From Hemiscyllium ocellatum (taxonomy: Eukaryota), in assembly GCF_020745735.1 (NCBI RefSeq), contig NC_083420.1, forward strand, positions 22,940,001 to 23,004,000: DNA of 64,000 nucleotides, written 5' to 3'. The notes under the pieces were generated by a model. The model ran no database searches, was not told where the DNA came from, and worked only from the letters and a program-made list of their open reading frames with translations. Shown in pieces: positions 59,791 to 64,000 of the stretch. Numbering within the stretch: the stretch's first letter is position 1; each line of letters starts with the position of its first letter. The position numbers and the translations under genes are program-made.

Positions 59791-62700
59791 TTTTTTGAAA
59801 ATATAGTTATTAGCAAGAAAGTTTTTTTTGACTTTACAAAAATATAAAGTTATTGAAAATATAACAAATAACATACCAGTATAATAAAGAAAAACGCAAA
59901 TTACAATACAACTACTATCTAGTAACTACTATCGTACCCTATAATACAAAACAAAACCTAACATTGTGCAAAACAATACTAATAAATAAGTAAGCGATTA
60001 ATAAAATAAAAGAACACACAAAAACACAAAATAATGCTCGGTGCAAACCTTCCAAACAAAAGAACGGGAGCATTGTGTATATACCTGTATTAACTTAGGA
60101 GTCCCCCCTCGAGGGCCCAGGACTCAGCAAACCTAACCATCCCGGTTAAACAAATGCTCTAGTTAACATAGCAGACAAATCTCTATCCAAATAACTAGGA
60201 AGGTCTGTTGTATGGTGCATCACGTTTGTAAAAAAAAAATCCAAGGGAATGTGCTCTTTAACTAATTTTTGACATCCCAGCAAGCCCAGTGAGTGCTCAG
60301 ACCCTAATTCATCAGAATATTCTTCCATGCACAGTAAGTAAGAACATTATATAGTTTCATCCCATGCCCATCTAAAGATGATATATTCGATAGACCTAGG
60401 ATTGGTCCTCAATTCCCTCCTTATCTCTCCTGCCACAGCACCTGCAATAAACATGGAGTCTGTGGCATGTCCAGAAGCAATGGGTAAGAGTACCTACACT
60501 CTTTTGCCCCTTTTTTAAACTTCGCCACAAGGACCGGTGCCAGATGAACTCCAGCAGAACTTTTAACTGCATAGCACATGTCCTGTTACAGATTGAGGTC
60601 TTTCACATGTTCTCCCATATGTCCTCCCACATTTCAGAAGACATCTCCATTCCTAGCTCTTTCACCCAGACCTCATATAACTAGTTAATATCCTGCCAGA
60701 CCCTGCCACCCAGCAGGCAATAGAGGGCACTAATTGAGAGGGTGCTTGTGGAATGTAGCAACAACCTCTCTGTATTATGCTTATAGGGCTTAGAAAGAAG
60801 CGTAGTCTTCTTCTGAACGAAATCCCTAACCTGAAAAAAATGGAAAAGATCTCTGCTGATCAACCCGTATTTGCAGCTCAATTGCTCGAAAGACATCATA
60901 ACCTCCCTCTCAAACAAGTCTCTCAAACTGGAAACTCCTCTCGCTGCCCATAGTTTGGACCCTGAGTCCATCATCCCTGATCAGAAAGCTGGCAAACCAA
61001 CTATAGGCATAAGTGGCGAAGTCTTGGATAAGCAACACTCACTCTAACTCATCACCCTCCATGCCATGACTGTACTAATAACAATGGGTTCTGGCAGTGG
61101 TCCATAACTGTCCTCATCTTATCAATGAAGAACAGGTTAATAAGAGGGCACTTTGACCGGGAAGCCTTGATATCCAGCCATATAGAGCCAGGATTGTTAA
61201 CTGCTCAATCGCAGACAAAGGACAGCAGGGAACGCAATTTTTACCTCCTGATGTCTAGGAAATTTCTATCCAAATAACTAAAAAAGGTCTGTTGTATGGT
61301 GCATCATGTTTGTAAAAAAAATCCAAGGGAATGTGCTCCATAATTAATTTTCACCATCCCAGTGAGTTCTCAGACACCTAATTCATCAGAATATTCCTCC
61401 ATGCACAGTAAGTAAGAATATTAAATAGTTTCATCCCATGCCAGTCTAAAGATGATACTTTCGATAGACCTAGGAGGAGAAATATTGGGTCTACCTTAAC
61501 TTTGGTCCTCAATACCCTCCTTATCTCTCCTGCCACACAGCCTGCAATAAAAATGGAGTCTGTGGCACATCCAATGGGTAAGAGTACCTACACTCTATTG
61601 CCCCCTTTTTAAACTTTGCCACAAGGACCGGTGCCAGATGAAGTCTTTAACTGCATAGCACATGTCCTATTACAGATTGAAATTTTTCACATGTTCTCCA
61701 ATATGTCCTCCCACATTTCAGAAGACATCTCCATTCCTAAGTCTTTCTCCCAGACCTCATATAACCAGTTAATATCCTGCCAGACCTTGCCACCCAGCAG
61801 GCAATAGAGGGCACTCACCATCCTTAAGGCAAGTGCAATTTAGTAAGCTTGATGAGGGGCCGTCCACGATGCCAGACAAAGGAACTAAATCAACCCGTAA
61901 GTTTCCGTAGCATTGACCTGGGAAACATTATAGGGAGCCATACACATGGAATAAACCAAATGAGAAAGGACACTCATCTTAATGAAGGCTGTTCGGCCCA
62001 ACCATGAACTTGGAAGAGCCTCCCATCTCTGGAGATCCTGCCTAATATTATTGAGCAAGTGAGCAAAGCTAGTCCAAATTAACCAATCAAACATGGGGGT
62101 TATAAAAATGCCTAGGTATTGGAGCCCCACCCGTGACCACTTAAAAGGGAACCTAGGCCACCTTCAACTTCTGGCACTTCTTTGAGATTCCCCAAAGGCA
62201 TAGCCTCCGATTTTGCAAAGTTGACCTTATATCCTGAAATAGCCCCAAGTGAATTGATACAATGTATCAGATGGGGGTACAGGGGTCATCAGGTTCAGAA
62301 ACAGAAGGACATCATTCGCATACAGAGTAATTTTGTGTCCCCTCGATCCCACTTTCGGAGCGGTTACGTAGACGTTCTGGCGAATGGTCTCTGCCAGCCG
62401 CTCTATCATCAATGTAAACAACAAAGGTGAAAGGGGCAGCCTTGATGACTACCCCGCCAATCCGAAAGTTCCCAGACTTCACCCTGTTGGTGATGACCAC
62501 GGCCAGAGGGTGGCAATATAAAACCTCCACCCACCTAGCAAAGACCCCACCCAAACCAAACTGCTCTAAAAGACATACGGCCATTCCCCCCAACCGGTCA
62601 AATGCTTTTGCTGCATCTAAGGAAATCACCAACCCCTGAATTGATCGCTGCTGATATACTTGGACCATATTCATGGACTATTATTAGAAGACCTATGGCC

Positions 62701-64000
62701 CCTTATACGATCCGTCTGGTCCTCTTTGATAATATGGGGCAACACTTTCTCCAATCTCAGCGCCAAGATCTTAGACAGAATCTTGAAATCTGAATTTAAT
62801 AAACAGATGGGCCTGTATGAGGCACAATCCTCAGGAAACTTCCCCTTCTTAAGAAGGAGGCAAATATTAGCTTCTCTCAAAGATGGTGGTAAGCATTCAT
62901 GCATGTAGGAATGATTGGACGTCTCCAATATCGGCCATGACAGAATCCCTATTAACTCCTTATAAAACTCACCCGGGAGACCATCAGGGCCAGGCATTTT
63001 CCCACTCTGAAGTTGCCTCGCTGCCTCCTGTATTTCCTGAACTGTCAAGAGGGTATTAAGGAGTGAGGCCTGTTCCAGGGTTACCCTGGGAGGTCCAGGT
63101 TCCTAAAAAAAAGGCTTTCATTTTAGCCCACCGGTCCTCGCAACCTTCAGACCTATACAATTCAGAGTAAAAACTCCAAAAAGCCTCATTAATCCTTTTG
63201 GCATCGTATGTAAGGACCCTGGCGCTGTCTCTAACTGCAGTAATGGATTGGGGAGCATGCTTTTTCTTAGTCAGATATGCTAAATACTACCCTAGCCTAT
63301 CCCCATACTCAAACAGCCTTTGTCTAGCGAAAGCAAATTCTTTCTTTGCAGTTTGTGTAAGTATTGAATTCAAGGCAGCCCGGAGAGCCATAATTCGCTG
63401 TACCTTAGTCACCGAAGACCACTCAAAATGTGCCACCTCGGCAGCTTTCAACTATGTCTCAAGTAGCCGCTGCTGTTCCCAATTCTGTCGTTTCCAGCTA
63501 GCTGAATAGGAAATAGCTAATCCCTTAGCAAAGGCCTTAGCAGTCTCCCATAGCATAGACAAACTACTATCCATGCCTGAGTTGATATTCAGAACTCCTG
63601 AAACTCCTTCAAAAAGTATTCCATAAATTTGGAATCCTTAAGGAAAAAAGGATCCAGACACCAGTGCCACAAACCTATCCCCTCACTCTTGGCCTTAACC
63701 TCCAAATATACCGCTGTGTGATCAGAGATACCCATGTTCCTAATATTACAACCCATAATCAAATCCAGAAGGATCAAGGGAGCCAGAAAAAGATCAATCC
63801 TCGTGTGACATTTATGTGGGTTTGAAAAGAAAAGGTGAAGTCCCTGCTAGTAGAGTGAAGATATCTCCAAATGTCCACCAAACCCAACCCCTCACATAAG
63901 TCAGCCACCTACTTGGCCTGCGAAGAAATAGTTGGAGGCCCACTGGGCATTCTGTCGGCTATCAAATCCAAAAGGCAATTACAATCCTCCCCATAATAAT
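59790..64000 (-). mobile_element. Second L1-clade LINE (distinct subfamily), decayed ORF2, runs off the window
   Basis: GPDGLPGEFYK, YRPICLLNSDFKILSK, SLDAAKAFDR, LYANDVLL and QYLGIF motifs. Confidence 0.92.

Overview
Vertebrate genomic DNA, very probably from a shark. The repeat content (HE1/V-SINE-like, Deu-domain SINE-like, CR1, L1 and Penelope-like elements) points to a cartilaginous fish. The window holds the conserved RSPH10B(-, first coding exon) / PMS2(-, all 15 coding exons, about 864-874 aa) / AIMP2(+, all 4 coding exons, 309 aa) / EIF2AK1(-, last 2 exons) block. PMS2 and AIMP2 are head-to-head around a bidirectional promoter of under 500 bp. The exon boundaries I read are GT-AG and keep the reading frame. 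Most of the rest is decayed or nested retroelements, which explain most short ORFs in the track. I found no wholly new multi-gene system. The best leads are: (1) three, possibly four, Penelope-like families carrying a minimal hammerhead-ribozyme core with different stem II sequences; (2) a canonical PIP-box-like motif (QRKLHNFF) in the PMS2 linker; (3) two competing phase-2 first coding exons for PMS2; (4) a duplicated two-heptad unit in the HRI C-terminal coiled coil; (5) RFX/FOX motifs around the ciliary gene RSPH10B; and (6) several template-switch or repair scars. Repeat boundaries are approximate, and family names and human comparisons come from memory, not from database searches.
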